From Flectonema sp. DT1601 (Eukaryota), in the NCBI GenBank assembly GCA_964019425.1, contig OZ025796.1, positions 62,001-126,000 of the forward strand: 64,000 nt of DNA. Reading direction: 5' to 3'. Shown here piece after piece: positions 13,501 through 27,211 of the stretch. The notes beneath the pieces are model-generated. The model did no database searches and was not told the DNA's origin. It saw only the letters and a list, made by a program, of their open reading frames with translations. The translations under genes and the position numbers were made by a program. The stretch's first letter is position 1. The number at the start of each line of letters is the position of its first letter.

Positions 13501-16500
13501 TAGAGTTTTTCAGAACGCTCTTTATCATTTCCAATGTCTTTGGGTACTCCAGAGTTTAGTATCTTAACGGAATCCCTAAACTTCTGCTTGCGAGGGTCGT
13601 CTAATATCTCAGCAATGTTTGGATTAGATATTCTGTCATTGATCAGAGGTCCTAAAACATCGTTAACACATTCTCTCAGGTAGTCTAAGGCGTCGAAGTC
13701 ACCCTTGTCTACTAATATTCTCATACATTGAATCGAACGAACACTTCCGTTTGCAAAGTTAGCGTCTACAATGATTCCTGTCTTTCCATATCCGAGACTA
13801 ACGTCAGGTTCTCCGTCAGGAAATAGTTTCTTTAGTTCCTTTGTTTGCTTTACCCATTTCGCAAATGTTGAGATCAAATCATTATGACCTTCTCTCTTTA
13901 CGGCTGCTGATGCATTTGGAGGAAGTTGTAGTAAGTCAGAAAGCATTGTTACAGCGTAACTCTTTCCTGTTCCTGATGGCCCTTGAAGAATTGGTGGATC
14001 CTGAATTCTAAGATGGCAATACATTTGAACTAACTTCTGTAAGAAGTCAGGGATGAGGACGTAGTTTTGTCCTCTCAAAGCCGTCACGGCGCTACGTTTC
14101 TCAATACAAAGTTCATCAGCCAAAGATTCGATGAGTGTGTGAAGTGGTGCAGTGCTTTGCTGTTCGCGTCGTTTTTGAGCAGCGGCACGGAGTTGTTGTT
14201 TCTGACCCTTTTCATCAGATTTGTCTGCTTTCATTTGAAGCATGAAATCCAATCGCTCATCAGTTTCATCGATTATTGCTTGTCGTAGTTTTTGTAATGC
14301 GGTAACAGCTTCCCCCTCAAAAGGTTCTGCAAGCTTGTCCATTGAGAACTCCATTCGTTGTTTGATACCACCACCCATAACAACAATATGATAATTATCC
14401 TTACTATGAGGGAATAACATCGTATGCATTTCATGCATTAATGTTCTTACAACTAGAGCTTGTTTCTTTGTTCTTCTTGCTGAGTCAAGTGATTTTAACT
14501 TTGTTATATACATCTTATATTGGTACACGAGATGCTTTAATGATCTGACTAACATTCTGTTAGTAATAGTTTCCATTTGTAATTCTAATTCCTGTCTTTC
14601 AACTGCCGGTATCGATTCAATCTCAACGGTGTCATGTCCAAGACACATTAGCTTTAATGTATTCAGATCATGTTTATTGTCACTTGGAACATCAGTGAGA
14701 GTATCTTTAATGAAGCTCATTGCTTCTTGAGCACCAGGTACTTCCTTAATATCAAAATCGTCTAAAGTGCCAGCAGTAGCTAAACCAGAACACGCCAACA
14801 GAGTGATATCAGTCATCCCATTTGACCGTTTCCATGGACCATTCACATCCTTTTCTCTTCCGAGAGATTCCTTCGCGTCAGGAGGATGTTGGAACTCGAC
14901 AACCAAATGCCAAGTCTTCTTCGGAATCGAAACGGCCAGACCGCTGTTCGATTCGATCCGACCAAAGAAGATCAGAGAATCCAAAACCTGATTGACGATC
15001 TGAGGGTCACTGTCTTGTCCGACGTGAATCACTAGCAGTCCGTGTCGTTCCCTCATCGGTCCCATCAGCCGAGTGCAGATCTCATCCAGCGAGTTCTTCG
15101 TCGAATCCAAATCCAAGCGAGTCGGTAACACGCTTCCGAACTCTCCAGACTTGATCTTCTTGTCTATCGAATAAGACTTTCCAGTTCCACATCTCTGAAG
15201 GTAGTAAGTGATTGACTTGAAGTTGTTCAGCTCACAGCATCTACCCATCGCCCACTTCTTCCACTTCACGTCACACGACAAGTTGTCCACGTACTCCACA
15301 GTCTCGTCACTCCCATCACCGCCCGTCACCACAGCGATCAGTTCTTTGTGCTCGTGTTTCCCTTCTGTCGCGAGCCGCACCTCATTCTGTTGGTCCGGTG
15401 ACAACAAGTTCAGGTTCATCACAACGAGTCTTCCCTTTTTCGTCTGCTTGTACAGCTGCAGGAACGCCCTCACGTTCTCCGCTGGTGTCTGCGCAGTGCA
15501 GTCCAACACGTGGTAAGGACGCACGTCTCCCTCATGCAGCGCTATCGCAAATAACTTCCTGTCTGACACAGCTAATCTACTGGTGTCTACGATAGCTCCC
15601 TCGACAGTACGAGTCTGCAGTTGTCCGTAACGGGCCGCCGCCGGGTCGTAGTTGCATGAAATTCGAGGGTCCTTCGCGTTCTTGTTCTTCTTCCTCAGAA
15701 TTTGCAACAGTTTTCCGATTCTGTCCAACGTGCTCAGGGCTCCTTCCGCAATCACCGCCTTCGCTACAGCCGTCGACTCCCAATCTGTGAACATCTCCAG
15801 TCCGTTCGTTGAACCCTCGGCTGCCTCCCTCAGTGCGATACGGAGCTCAGCCGCTCGGCAGACTGCGCCAGTCGATTTCTCGATTGTGTGCCAGACAGCG
15901 AGTTCGTCTTCAGTCATGGAGTCCATTGAAGACTTTGAAACAGTCGCCTGAAGTTGTACAGCAGGTCGAAAGTCAACAGATTGAAGTTCTGGAATATTAC
16001 TTTTATTAGCACTTTCCCAACCAGTACCAAATTCATGGCGGTTCCAATACAGACCTGAAGCATCTTGTTTTAACTCTTCAAGTGATGAGCAGGCCAATAC
16101 ATTAACTCTCGCTCCTTCACGCCAACTCTTACCATCTCCCCAAGTCCACTTCGTACAGTAGTGTGGGAATGGTTGATCCATTGAAGACATGTACAGCCCT
16201 TCGGTATTCTTTCCATTTTTAAAGGAAACCACCCATCTCTGCACATTCGAATCTCTGCTGAGGCGAAGTTCATCATTTTCATAAATGACGAATCCCTTCT
16301 TGTCAGTCTGCTTCTGAAGTGTCAGAATACCACCAGGACGAGACTTTGATACGACTCTGATACAATAAGGCTTCTCTTGGAATCCATCAACAACAGTCCA
16401 TCTCAGAGGTTCTGATCCAATCCTCGCTGTTCCCTTGCACGGGTTCGACCAAGCAACAGGTCTTTCTGCAGCATCAGTGACGCACCAACGACCGTCCCAA

Positions 16501-19500
16501 TAAGTCATTCTGTATTTTCCATCTTTTCTGTTGTAGGTAGGAATCCATCTTCTGTAGAGACCATCACAGATGCCATCCTTTTCTTTATCAGGAGGAGTAG
16601 TTCCTTTAATTACAACTGATACATCATCAAGACATGATGACTCTTGAGAATGATGACTAAAGAATGTACACTTCACATCCTTTCCTCTGAAGACGACGTA
16701 TGGTACTAAAGGTCCTTCAACCTTTGGAAAGTTCTTAGTGGTGACAGAATTGAATAATCTCTCACCATCTGAATGAATGTCGATAGTTCCTTCACCAAGA
16801 TCAACAGTGAAGCTTAGTCTGACCTCAAGAGGTTTCGTGTCAGCATTAGTACTTCCTAAGTTACGAGTATGCTTAAGAACGAATACACTTCCATCACGTC
16901 TAGCTTGCATTGCAAACATTGAGGTATCAGGTTCTGTTGACTTGTTGAGAGGAACACCTGGAGCAGCAACACCAATACCAACATGTTCTGAAAGATTTCT
17001 CCCTTTGACAAGTATTGAAAAGGTATGAGGACCTGGTCCTACCATTACTCTGTTTCCTAATGCGATTGTTTCTGTTTCTGTTTCTGAAATAACAGTTGGT
17101 CCATCGATCTTTAATCCCTTTCCAATATGCTCTGTGTTCCATCCGAGTACCTCATCGACTGGCTCACCAGGACTGATGACCGCTTTAGCAGTCTTATTGA
17201 CTAGGTAAACACAAGGCTTTAGACTTCTACTAACGTCGGTAAACCGAGCAAGGTTTCTCCTACCGTTTAACTTGAAGTCGATTGTCTTCGCTTTCTGATC
17301 ATAAATAACGGTGATGATATCACCACTTCGGAATGCTCTGGCGTTGTCAACATCGAGTCCATTGTGTCTGAGAGTACCATTTCTCATATACCAATAGGCA
17401 CTCTCTTTGTTGGGAGACTCGTCTACCGGCTTTCCAAGATCAAGGTCCTTCGTACAGAGACCTATTCTTGAAGCAAAGACGTCACCTGTGATCTTTATTC
17501 TCCATATCAACGCTGGTGCTGGAGAGACTGCGATGGCAGGTGCTGTGCCGCGCATTTTCGTAACTTCTCTGCCATTCGCAGATATGATCGCGTCTTTAGT
17601 TGTAACTAACCAAATATAAGCAGGAATTACTGTGGCTGTAAAGTTTGGTTTCGCCTTTGCTGACTCGGTGTTGAATTCCTTAGCGAGATCGGAAATCTTT
17701 TTAGTTCTTTTGTTATTAACTGCAACGATACGCATGCCTGCTTCGAATCCGAGTGATTCCCACACGGAGTACTTCGCACAACTTATAACATAAAGTGTGC
17801 TCGCCATCTCCTTCAGTCCGAGGGCCTCTAAAACCTTCGGTGACTGAACGTGAATGTTGTGTTCCGCACCTCTGCAATCATCAGACCACTTCTCAACAAT
17901 CGTGAATGCATCGTCAGCCTGTACTTTTGCGTTCAAACAAGGCTGTTCGTTTAAGAATCCGTGACTGTCACTTTCCCTCCAGTCACCCATCTGCCATGGC
18001 TGAAGGTAAGATTCATTATCAGACATCGATACTAATAATCTCCTCGCGTTCATTACAGGTTTATCATACACAACCCATCCACCAGCAACAGGAGAGAGTA
18101 CTAATCCGTCTTCACGTTTGTACATCCAGAGACCCTTTTCAAACTCTCCATCACAGACACCAAGTCCTTCAAATAGTAAAGGTTCGTTGTCTTCAGGGAG
18201 CTTTACAAAAGGTATTGATGCAAATTTACGGGTCTGAATTGCTGTCGACAAGACGCTTACTGACATGTCCACAGTTTCATATTCATGGACGGCGGCTGCT
18301 CTCTCAACGCGTTGAATCATTTTCATCTTTCCCTTTCTCCAACTCAGTAAGCGACCCATATCCTGTATCGAGTGTGTTATGCTGGCTGTGCTTCTCATTA
18401 ACTCAGCAGTTCTCACAAGCTCAGCAGGAGTGACACAGATAATCTCCGGGTACTTCTGACACATTTTCACAAACAGGGAAGTCGTGCTCTCGGAGTCCTT
18501 CGCCCACTGGCCCTCCAATGACTGCAGCATCTGAGTCAGACGAGCAGCGTCATCATGTCTGAAAGTGATTCTCCTCGATCTGAACTCAATGTGACCCTCA
18601 CTGAAGAGGGCACACGCCGTGTTGAAAGCCCTCATCACCTCACGTGCTTGGTTAGCGAACACTTCCAATGAACTGTGCTCATTACGCTGCAACGTTGCTC
18701 TGTAGACAAGATCACTGTACTCAGCCATGTTTCGCAACTTACCGTCGTGAGCATCGAATTCGAGAGCAGGTTGCCCAGTTGTTGGGAGGTTGATGATGAT
18801 CAAAGCAGCACTTCTATCAATGTAGTCATCCTCATCAACTTGAATACCTTCCGGGATTCCCTGAAGTCCTGATGCGTAGTGACAGACGATTATCATTCTG
18901 TCTGTAGTTCCTGACTGTTCTTTAATCATCTTCACTAGTTTCTCAATCTCATCAACAGCAGTCATCTTCTCAAGCTTCTTTTGAATGTTTCGCACGTCTT
19001 GCAGGGTGTCATCTCCAAACGAGTTGTTCATCAGCGACCAGAACCCATCGCCAGTGATATCAGACCCAGCCACGAACCCGCTGTTCGAAATAGGAATTCG
19101 CATCTCAACACCACTGTAGGGGATGTCACCTTGCTCACCAGCGTCTCTCTTGTCTTGAATTAATTGTGATCTCCTCTCATTGAATTGCTCTACGTATGCT
19201 GAAGACGCCCACACGAATGGATTCACAAAGTTTGTCAAGTTGAAGAAAGTCTGGAAAGAAGCGTGTTGCAAATCTGTCGAGTTCGAAAGAACTGACGCAA
19301 GACCTTCATCCTGTGCCTCAGGGTTCTCACGAGTGAATTCAACCAACTCCGTGCAGTTGTACACCGTCCTCATGATTTCCAGAACACGGTGCTCACAACC
19401 ACAACTCACTCGCTTGATTTCAGTCGAACGTATCTTCGCATCTTTCAACGTCACCTTCGACAAGTCATCGTCGAGAAGGATACGTTTTTCAGTTTCGTTG

Positions 19501-22500
19501 AAGAACTGCGAGTGGAATCTCAAATCCTTTTGAGGAGAGTTCACCATTCTTCTCAGAATTTCCAAGTCGTGTACGACAAAACGAAGAGGAAGACCTCCGT
19601 CAAGGAGAGCGTTGATGGCATCTTTGTCTGCCTTGATCTCCTCCATCAGAGCCTTCTCTTGTCTTTTTCTACCCTGCTCGTAGTTTCCATCAGGCGGGTG
19701 AAGCCCAGCAACAGCCTGTTCGATGGTGCTATCCAATTTGATACTTGACAGAGACTTGCAAGCATCTCCGAAGGAATTTTGGAATTCAGCCAGTGAGACT
19801 CCCTTGTTGTCACACAGAATGAGAAAGTGTGCTCGCAGTAACGGACTCGATGTAGCATGCGGTAGAGTAAGAGCTTCTCCGAGTGTCACACCAGCCTTCT
19901 TCACCAGCTTCTCGAGATCATCCAAGTTCACGAGTTCCTTGCGTACAATGGATTCCGTAAATTCATTCAAAAGTTCTCCCGCTCCTTTAACTTCCCATTG
20001 CTCTACGAGTTCCCTCAGTACATTACCGCTGTGCTCAAGCTTCTCAATCGGGGCGTTGAAGTCAAGTTCTGGAAATGTGATTCCATTACGTTCATGAATT
20101 CCACTGTGCTGTTTAGATAAAGAGTACACATGTCGACTGATGCGGTGACTATTCAATCGATTTTGGAATTCTTTAGTAGCTGTTTCGATTCTCATCGCAA
20201 AGTTCTTAGCTGGAGTAAACTTACTCTCCAGAAGACACACCTGCTTTAAGTCAATTGGAATGGAGTCCCACTTGACTGATCGTGAGTCAAAGTACACAGA
20301 CAGCAGAGTGTCAGCAGCATCAGCACGAATACCCGTCAGCTCTGACATCTCTCTTGCGGTGCATAGAATCCAATCATCAAGTCCATGAATCTTTTGAGTG
20401 ATTACTATTCTCTCACAACAAAGTCCCCATAACTTTATCATAAAGTCTCCATACTCTTTTGTATGATCAGATCTCTTACGATGTGCAAACACACGTTTAA
20501 GTAAAGGAAGTGATGCCATTCCTCTGTAGTTCTCTAACCATCTAGCATCCCAACCTGAAATAATATCTCTCAATTGTGGAACACAAGCAGAAATAGCTCT
20601 CTTACCCCAAGAACAAGTAACTGGGTTAACAGTTGATCTTTGAAACCAACAGATATGACGATCACCTCCCCATGAACCAGAAATATAATCTGGACTACGG
20701 GAGGTACCCTGAGCGATGAGAACTACCTGAAAAGTAACATCTCTTGATTCAGGTACGTTGAGTAACGACATGTGTTCTCGTTTCATTGACCGTTTGATGG
20801 TCAGGGTAAAGCGAAGTTCAACATCTCCATATTTCACATTAGAAATGATTCCAGAAGACAGAGCTGGATGGTTCAAAGCAATATGATGACCAGTAACAGT
20901 GAAGGCATCAGGATAACAAAGATTATTAAATCCATTCAACCAAGTCCATCCTCCATCAAAATCATGACGAGACACGAGAGAGAGTGCATTGACAACAGCA
21001 AGTGGGTCACCACTCTGACGAACTTCTGTCTGTGTGATGAGCTTCAGGGAAGCCATCACACCAGTTGGTGTTGGCTGCAGATCTTTCTCTTCGAATGCCA
21101 ACCCGTATATGGATATTAAATTGACGCAAGGATGTCTCATCGCTTGACTGTGCAGCCATCCCTTCGGACCAGAAATCGTTCCCTTCAACTTCGTATCGGA
21201 ATCCTCAATCGCACGAAGTACTACGATCAGAGTCTCTGGATAGCAGTGGCGGACATTAAACTTGTCTCCCCTGTCTCCAAGAAACTGTAACAGTGACGAT
21301 GCGAATCCAGGTAACTCGCTGAACGCCTTCTTACACTTATCGTACAGGTCAGGGGCAGGAGGGGCCTTGAGAGTTGTTTGGAGAACACGAGAGGCGAATG
21401 ATACGACAGGCTCCCCACGATATTCATCCTTTTGGAGAATGATTTTTTCAAACCTGTTTGGATTTGATTCGTCTCTCAATATAATTGGAATTCTTGTTTC
21501 ATTACTCTGATGATGTTGATGTTGTGGAAGAGGGATCCAAATTGTGTACTTCTCGAGTTGAATTCCGAAATGTGGAGTAATCTTAGGAGTGGGACAGAAT
21601 GGGAAGTCCGTGTCATCTTCAAGTTTAACGCACACGGCAGTAATACGAGTGGGTAAGAGACCAAATATATCTACTCTGTAACCTTCTTCTCGACGAGTTG
21701 AATGAGAGAAGTTCAATTCACAGCCGCAGGTGTACCACCTTCCCTGTAGAATGCGATCTCCTCTTCGCATTCCACGTCTTCCCATTGGGTTGCCTGCAAT
21801 TAGTTCATCATCTCCAATGAAATCACCAGCACCACTACGGGCTGACTCTTGTTTTGCTTGCTCAACACGAGTGTCAGTTCCTAATATTCCAAAAGACTCT
21901 TCATGAGGAATACCTTCAGCTGAGTGGTGTAGAATATATTCAGCTTCGGTATCGTCAACTCGTACCAGTGAAAAGTCATTCATTGGAGCTGTGCTGAAAG
22001 AGCTTGCTTGCCACATTAGTAGTTCTGCTGCCCTCCTGCTGTCAAAATACTTTTCGAGAGCCTGTCGGATGACGTCGGACCAATTTAACGCTTCTTTTGA
22101 TATTGCTGAAACAAATTCCGACAGCATTGCAAATGCTGCGGATGGAAGCTTACCATACGGCAACTTGTTAGCTGATTTCCGCATCAGTTTTATGATTTGA
22201 TTGTTCAGAGGAGTTCCACAGAGGATTTCGATACTCGAAAAGTCTCGTTTTTTACTACTTTCAGCCATCCGAAGGCAACACAAGACTATACTCTCATGTA
22301 TAAGAAGAGTGTCTTTAGTCAAAGATTCTAAGATGTGTTGCTCAGACTCGATGGGAAACTCTTCCTGTGAAACTACTTTACACAAAGTTTGATAAGCACA
22401 CATCATAACAATTAGTACAAGTGGAATAGTTGTAGAAGAGTACTCTTCACATAACCTTCTAGTACATTCAGTAACTGTTCTCAAAATCGGATAAAACTGA

Positions 22501-22727
22501 CAGGCTGTTGGAACTTTTCTGTGTCTATCGTTCAACTCCTTTGCGTTTTCAGTAAATAATCTTTTGAAGATGACTATAATATATGTTGCTGCATCTTCAT
22601 TCCAGGTACCAGTGAGAAGAGATTTCAAATTCACCTCCCAATTCTCAGTAATACCAACAAGTTTTTTCAGATCTGCCTGCGGTAGCTCAATATTTAATTC
22701 GTTCTGGACGCCTACATTATCTCGCAT
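4561..22727 (-). CDS. Giant RNF213/mysterin-like multi-AAA+ ATPase, paralog A (~5,980 aa). Predicted exons 22727-5781, 5703-5635, 5569-4685, 4602-4561
   Basis: 5654-aa ORF with YLQRCGTGKSY, LQGPSGTGKS..IMIDEMN, LQGAPGTSKTLS..LLFVDEAGL, FGLRDLFHMMRY, LERNFNG, FDVFNQNY, RVHRDFQCIV and PSPFLNRLEK, matching the RNF213 AAA-core motif series in order. Three phase-0 GT..CAG introns join the ORF in frame to a 69-nt exon, the 4661-5584 ORF and a terminal DIMRPDGIIYEMN* exon. Confidence 0.88.
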
Positions 22728-22767
22728 TTTATTTCAACTGTTGAAAAAGAGAAGTCATCCATTGTTT

Positions 22768-23103
22768 TAAACCCATACTCTCATCTACTAATTGGTAGAG
22801 TAAACCCATACTCTCATCTACTAATTGGTAGAGTAAACCCATACTCTCATCTACTAATTGGTAGAGTAAACCCATACTCTCATCTACTAATTGGTAGAGT
22901 AAACCCATACTCTCATCTACTAATTGGTAGAGTAAACCCATACTCTCATCTACTAATTGGTAGAGTAAACCCATACTCTCATCTACTAATTGGTAGAGTA
23001 AACCCATACTCTCATCTACTAATTGGTAGAGTAAACCCATACTCTCATCTACTAATTGGTAGAGTAAACCCATACTCTCATCTACTAATTGGTAGAGTAA
23101 ACC
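22768..23103. repeat. Perfect 33-bp minisatellite, 10 copies plus 6 nt
   Basis: TAAACCCATACTCTCATCTACTAATTGGTAGAG repeats at 22768, 22801 ... 23065 with no spacers. Confidence 0.97.
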
Positions 23104-23270
23104 TTGACCTGATGTGTGAATTATATTATGATAAAGTTTATAAAAAATAAAAATAAAAATTATAATTATATATGTGTTTTTGTTTCCATAAGGGAACATA
23201 AGTGCACCAGGGGTTTGAATGTTTGAATTTACAAAATACAAACATAGCGACCATTCAACAATCTGTTAAG

Positions 23271-23435
23271 GATACAGTAAAGGTGTGGATGCTTAACTTT
23301 AGCCTTTTGAAGGAAGTAACTATTTAGGGTTTCGAGAGTAATCTATATACCTCTTTACCTCTATTCTCTCATCATCAGTTGTGTAGATGCAAGTCAAGTC
23401 AATTATTGTGACTGAAACACTCCAGTTTTGCAGGA
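23271..23435 (-). repeat. Diverged direct repeat, copy 1 (candidate Penelope pseudo-LTR with hammerhead-like core)
   Basis: Aligns by eye with 28395-28550. The minus strand reads CTGATGA-TGAGAGAAT...ATTACTCTC-GAAAC. Confidence 0.65.
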
Positions 23436-23769
23436 CTGGAGTATAGTTACTTTTAGTTTATTTTATCGGAATATAAGAGGGGAACGAAGGTAGAAAAAAA
23501 AATTTAAAAAAAAGTGGTGAAATGGGGGGGGTAACTTGATACTAATGTTAAATGGAAAGCAACTTGAAACTGGCAAAAACGAGAATAGGGTTCGGCCAAA
23601 CCTGGTTGCAATATAAGAAATCAACAGTTGGTATCGATAAAAAATCCCATATGTGCTGTCGAATACGGGGATTCGGGGGCCACGTACTACAGGTTGAGCG
23701 CCCCATGCCCTGTAGCCCGTTACAGCTTAAATAGTATTCCTTCACACTTCAAAGGTAAATAAATATTAA

Positions 23770-25511
23770 CCCTTACACCACCGTAATAACCCCCAAAACA
23801 ACGGGTCCAAGATTTTACTGTTTTTTCAAAAAGAGAAAAGGTACCCCCCCAGAAAACCTATATACCAAACCGGACACAACTACTCCTACGGGTCAATAGC
23901 ACCTGTCACCCACACACCTAACGGTGCGTACCTTGGTGCGTTGTTGCACATTCAGCAGAACTAACAAAGTCGGCAGTGTCGCAATAACGTACTCAACGGT
24001 TTCCATTCATAGCAGCTGCATGTTATTCCCTTCCCGTATTTTGAAAGGGATGATGTTTCTGCGCAACATCATGTCAGAGGGAGCCCAAGTAAAGAGAATG
24101 CCAAATCACGGCCGATATTAAATCGAAAAATCAGATTTTTTCCCTGTTTTTTGAGCTTGTAAAAGTCCTCTGTGGTCGCGGAAAATACGCAAACAACCTG
24201 CATCATGGCACAGCAGGTTCAGACACACAGGAGGATTACCGCATCGGGGTTGATGAGCTCGAAAAATATAAATAACATCGATCCCAGATCATGGAACTTC
24301 ATTAGTAACAGTGCAGCTACTCAGATCAGACCGTGTTGGGCTGGATTTATAAACTTCCACCTCTTTACCCCACCAGCCTGGCATACTAGATTTTTGGGAA
24401 GTTGGCGGTTTAGGAACATCACAAGGAATTTTGTAGTTTTGGAGGATGTGATACCTTTTGAAACATGGGTAAGCACAAAGCGCTTGGTTGCATCGCTCAC
24501 AGTAATCTAGTGATTGTGTGCGCTTTGCGCGAACTGCACACCGACGAGCCTTTTCCATCTTTCCGGGGTAGTGTCCCAAAGCTGGCTTGAGGCGATCAGG
24601 GATTGATACTGATTGTGGAGAAGGCGGTACTGATGGTGTTATTAATAGTGTTGGTGCCGCTCTGGTACGTTTAAATGTACCTATAAGCTGCCCAAAACAA
24701 AGCCAATTTGAAGGATAAGAATCTCTTGCTTCTCCAGCCAGATTCACTATTATCCGTCCAAATTCTACCATGCCCACGTCGCATCAGGATAAAGGAATTC
24801 AAAATACACGTCTCCACTTCGGATCCTCATGCTCGGGAGCAGGTAATATCGCAGAGAAGTGTAAGTTCCTCAGTATTTAGGCAAAGCGATTACGTGAAAA
24901 CACTTGCGGAAAGAACAACAGGGGGGTCAACAGCATGTCATTCAAACCCCAGGAATCCCCCAGGTTAGATTTTATTGGGAGGCGCGTCAGTAGTGTTGTG
25001 CCAACAAAGGCCCTTCGCTCCTGCGTGCTGGTTTTAAATTTTCTTCCCCTCTGTGAGGCTTAGACCTCAGAGTTTTTCTTCATCAGCTGGAAAACTGATT
25101 ATCCGAAGAAAAACTCAAAAACCTGCAGCTCCGACTTGCGTGCAACTCTAATCTTTAACGTTTCTTGGAAACGCGTTTTTATTCTAACCCTTGTTACCTC
25201 CCCTCCCCATTTGGGGTCAGATACTTCGTCAAGTGACGAATCGGAGCACACCGACGATGGATTAACAAATACTGTTGCATCCTCATCAGAACTGTGGACC
25301 GACATATTTCCCAAGTTGATTTTGGCCAGCTTTAGCAAATGGAAAATTTACCATTTAATAAAAACTATTGCGGCGCAACACGTAAGGAACATAAAAGACA
25401 TTGCAATAATACCTCTCCCGTGAAATCGTTGTACTCAGAAATGTAAAATTTTCACTTAGCAAAAAAAATTTTTTTTTTCAGACTGATATATCAGCTCCGG
25501 TGGTGTAAGGG
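23770..25511 (-). mobile_element. Non-autonomous, internally deleted piggyBac-family DNA transposon
   Basis: Perfect 14-bp TIRs CCCTTACACCACCG (23770-23783) and CGGTGGTGTAAGGG (25498-25511). TTAA TSDs at 23766-23769 and 25512-25515. Minus-strand remnant of the piggyBac C-terminal Cys-rich domain (HYPGK..RRCAVR..YCERCNQALCAYPCFKRYH) and an acidic N-terminal remnant (25099-25338). Confidence 0.93.
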
Positions 25512-25549
25512 TTAAAGGAAAATTAAAAAAAGGAAAAACTATTTTTGGG

Positions 25550-26430
25550 TTGGCAAAAATAATAAAGGAAATAAAGAATAAAAATAAAATTATTTCTGGT
25601 TCGTAGCACACTACCAACATCATAATTAACGTTGTCGAAGGTTAAAAGGTTCATAGTGGCACCCGCTTTCGATATAAGAGTATCAGCGTCGACAAAATTA
25701 GGACACATTTTCGCTAGTTCAGGTACTATTAAATTCATAAAAGCCTCATAATTCCATTGCGACATAGTAAATACGGTGCATTGTTTTCCGTGACCAATCA
25801 TTTCAGAAGTGTATTCCTTTGTGTTTGCATCAACTCCGTCTGTGAAAAAAAAAAGAAAGTCTTTACATTGGATCGAAAAATTCTCTCTCTTGTATTGGTC
25901 ACCTTCTTTGATTCGTCAGTCTCTTTGTCAGGTTCTTTCGTTTCCTCAATCAAAGTTTCACAGTTGACAGAAGTACCTGCAATCCATCTTAGGCGGATGT
26001 CTGGGATCTTATGCAGTTTAAAAATCCCATATAAGTACGGCACTGCGCCAGTGATTTTTGGAAATTTGAGTTCCTTATTTGTTTTCATTAACCCGTCTGT
26101 TAAAACATTTTCCATTTGTTCGTAACTTTCCATTTCATTTTTCAATAACTCACAATAATAAGCTTTGCACATTACTGCGCAATCATGTCTTGCTTTATCT
26201 ACTGGGAGGAATACGACATGTTTTTTTAGGTCCTTTAATTCTTTCATACACTTTGCTAAAGGTGCATCGTTGGGTAAGGGTTTTAATTGTATTTGTGAAG
26301 TGAATTCTTCCTTCAGCCATCTATTTAAGACTTCGGCGTTTGCTTCTCTGTCGCTTTTAGTTGTCCCAATCATGAATCTCGTTACTTTTTCGGTAAACCA
26401 ATCAGCTGCTTCATGAAGTTCTTGTGTCAT
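25550..26430 (-). mobile_element. Degenerate Penelope-like retroelement reverse-transcriptase fragment
   Basis: ORF 25798-26430 contains VVFLPVDK..AVMCKAYY..PYLYGIFKLHKIPDIRLRWI, resembling the PLE RT N-terminal motifs (ADKG..Y..P.LYGLPKIHK..RPIV). The frame breaks down afterwards. Confidence 0.7.
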
Positions 26431-27180
26431 CTCATGTTGTGAACAGTGAATACGGTAAAGTATTCATAACTTTAGTACCTCTTTTAGTTGATCACTACAT
26501 TTCAAAGAAGAACAATGTCCTGAAACATGTTTTGTATTACAATTATCTTCTTTATATTGATAACAAGGACATTGTTTATCATTTAGTGGAGGTGACTTTT
26601 CTAACTCAATCGTATTTGTGTTAAATATTTTCGATCCTAAAGTTCTGCTGAGTCCATAGGATGGTTCTTTTCTAAGATCTTCTGGTCTTTAAATGCAACA
26701 GTGTGAACAGAACTTTCATCTTTGGCTCTGCGAACTACTGATTTGGCAATTCCAAACGGTATATGGTCAAGAGCTAAAGATAATTGGGATTTGTTAGTTA
26801 GTATCATTAATTTTAGAACAGAAAAGTGAGAATAAGAAAAGTAGAGATTAATAAAAGAAAAGTATTCATTTCTGCAGTTTCCTAACATTAAAGGGTAATA
26901 GAATATGTAGTTAGAATATGAGTTTATAAAAAAGTGCACTAAAATAAGATATGTAGTTAGTATCATTAATCTGTATATTATGAGTGCTCTAGGATGGTAA
27001 CTCACAGTAACAGAGGACCCAATCCGTGGCCATATCCGAAGATTTCGCATGGATTGTTGAAGTAGCATCGACTGAAGATTAATAAATACCAATCTCCAGC
27101 TTTCCGCCTCGCCTAGCTTATTAACTATCGAACTAAAATAAAAAAAAAAAAAAAACCAAAAAAAAAAAGAAAAATAATAA

Positions 27181-27211
<31 letters not shown>

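Noticed and set aside
22729..23241. 33-bp array as a CRISPR array, or as a (GLLYQLVDESM)n protein
   Set aside because: There are no spacers and no cas genes, and the context is eukaryotic. The ORF has a non-ATG start and is open only because the unit is a stop-free multiple of 3.
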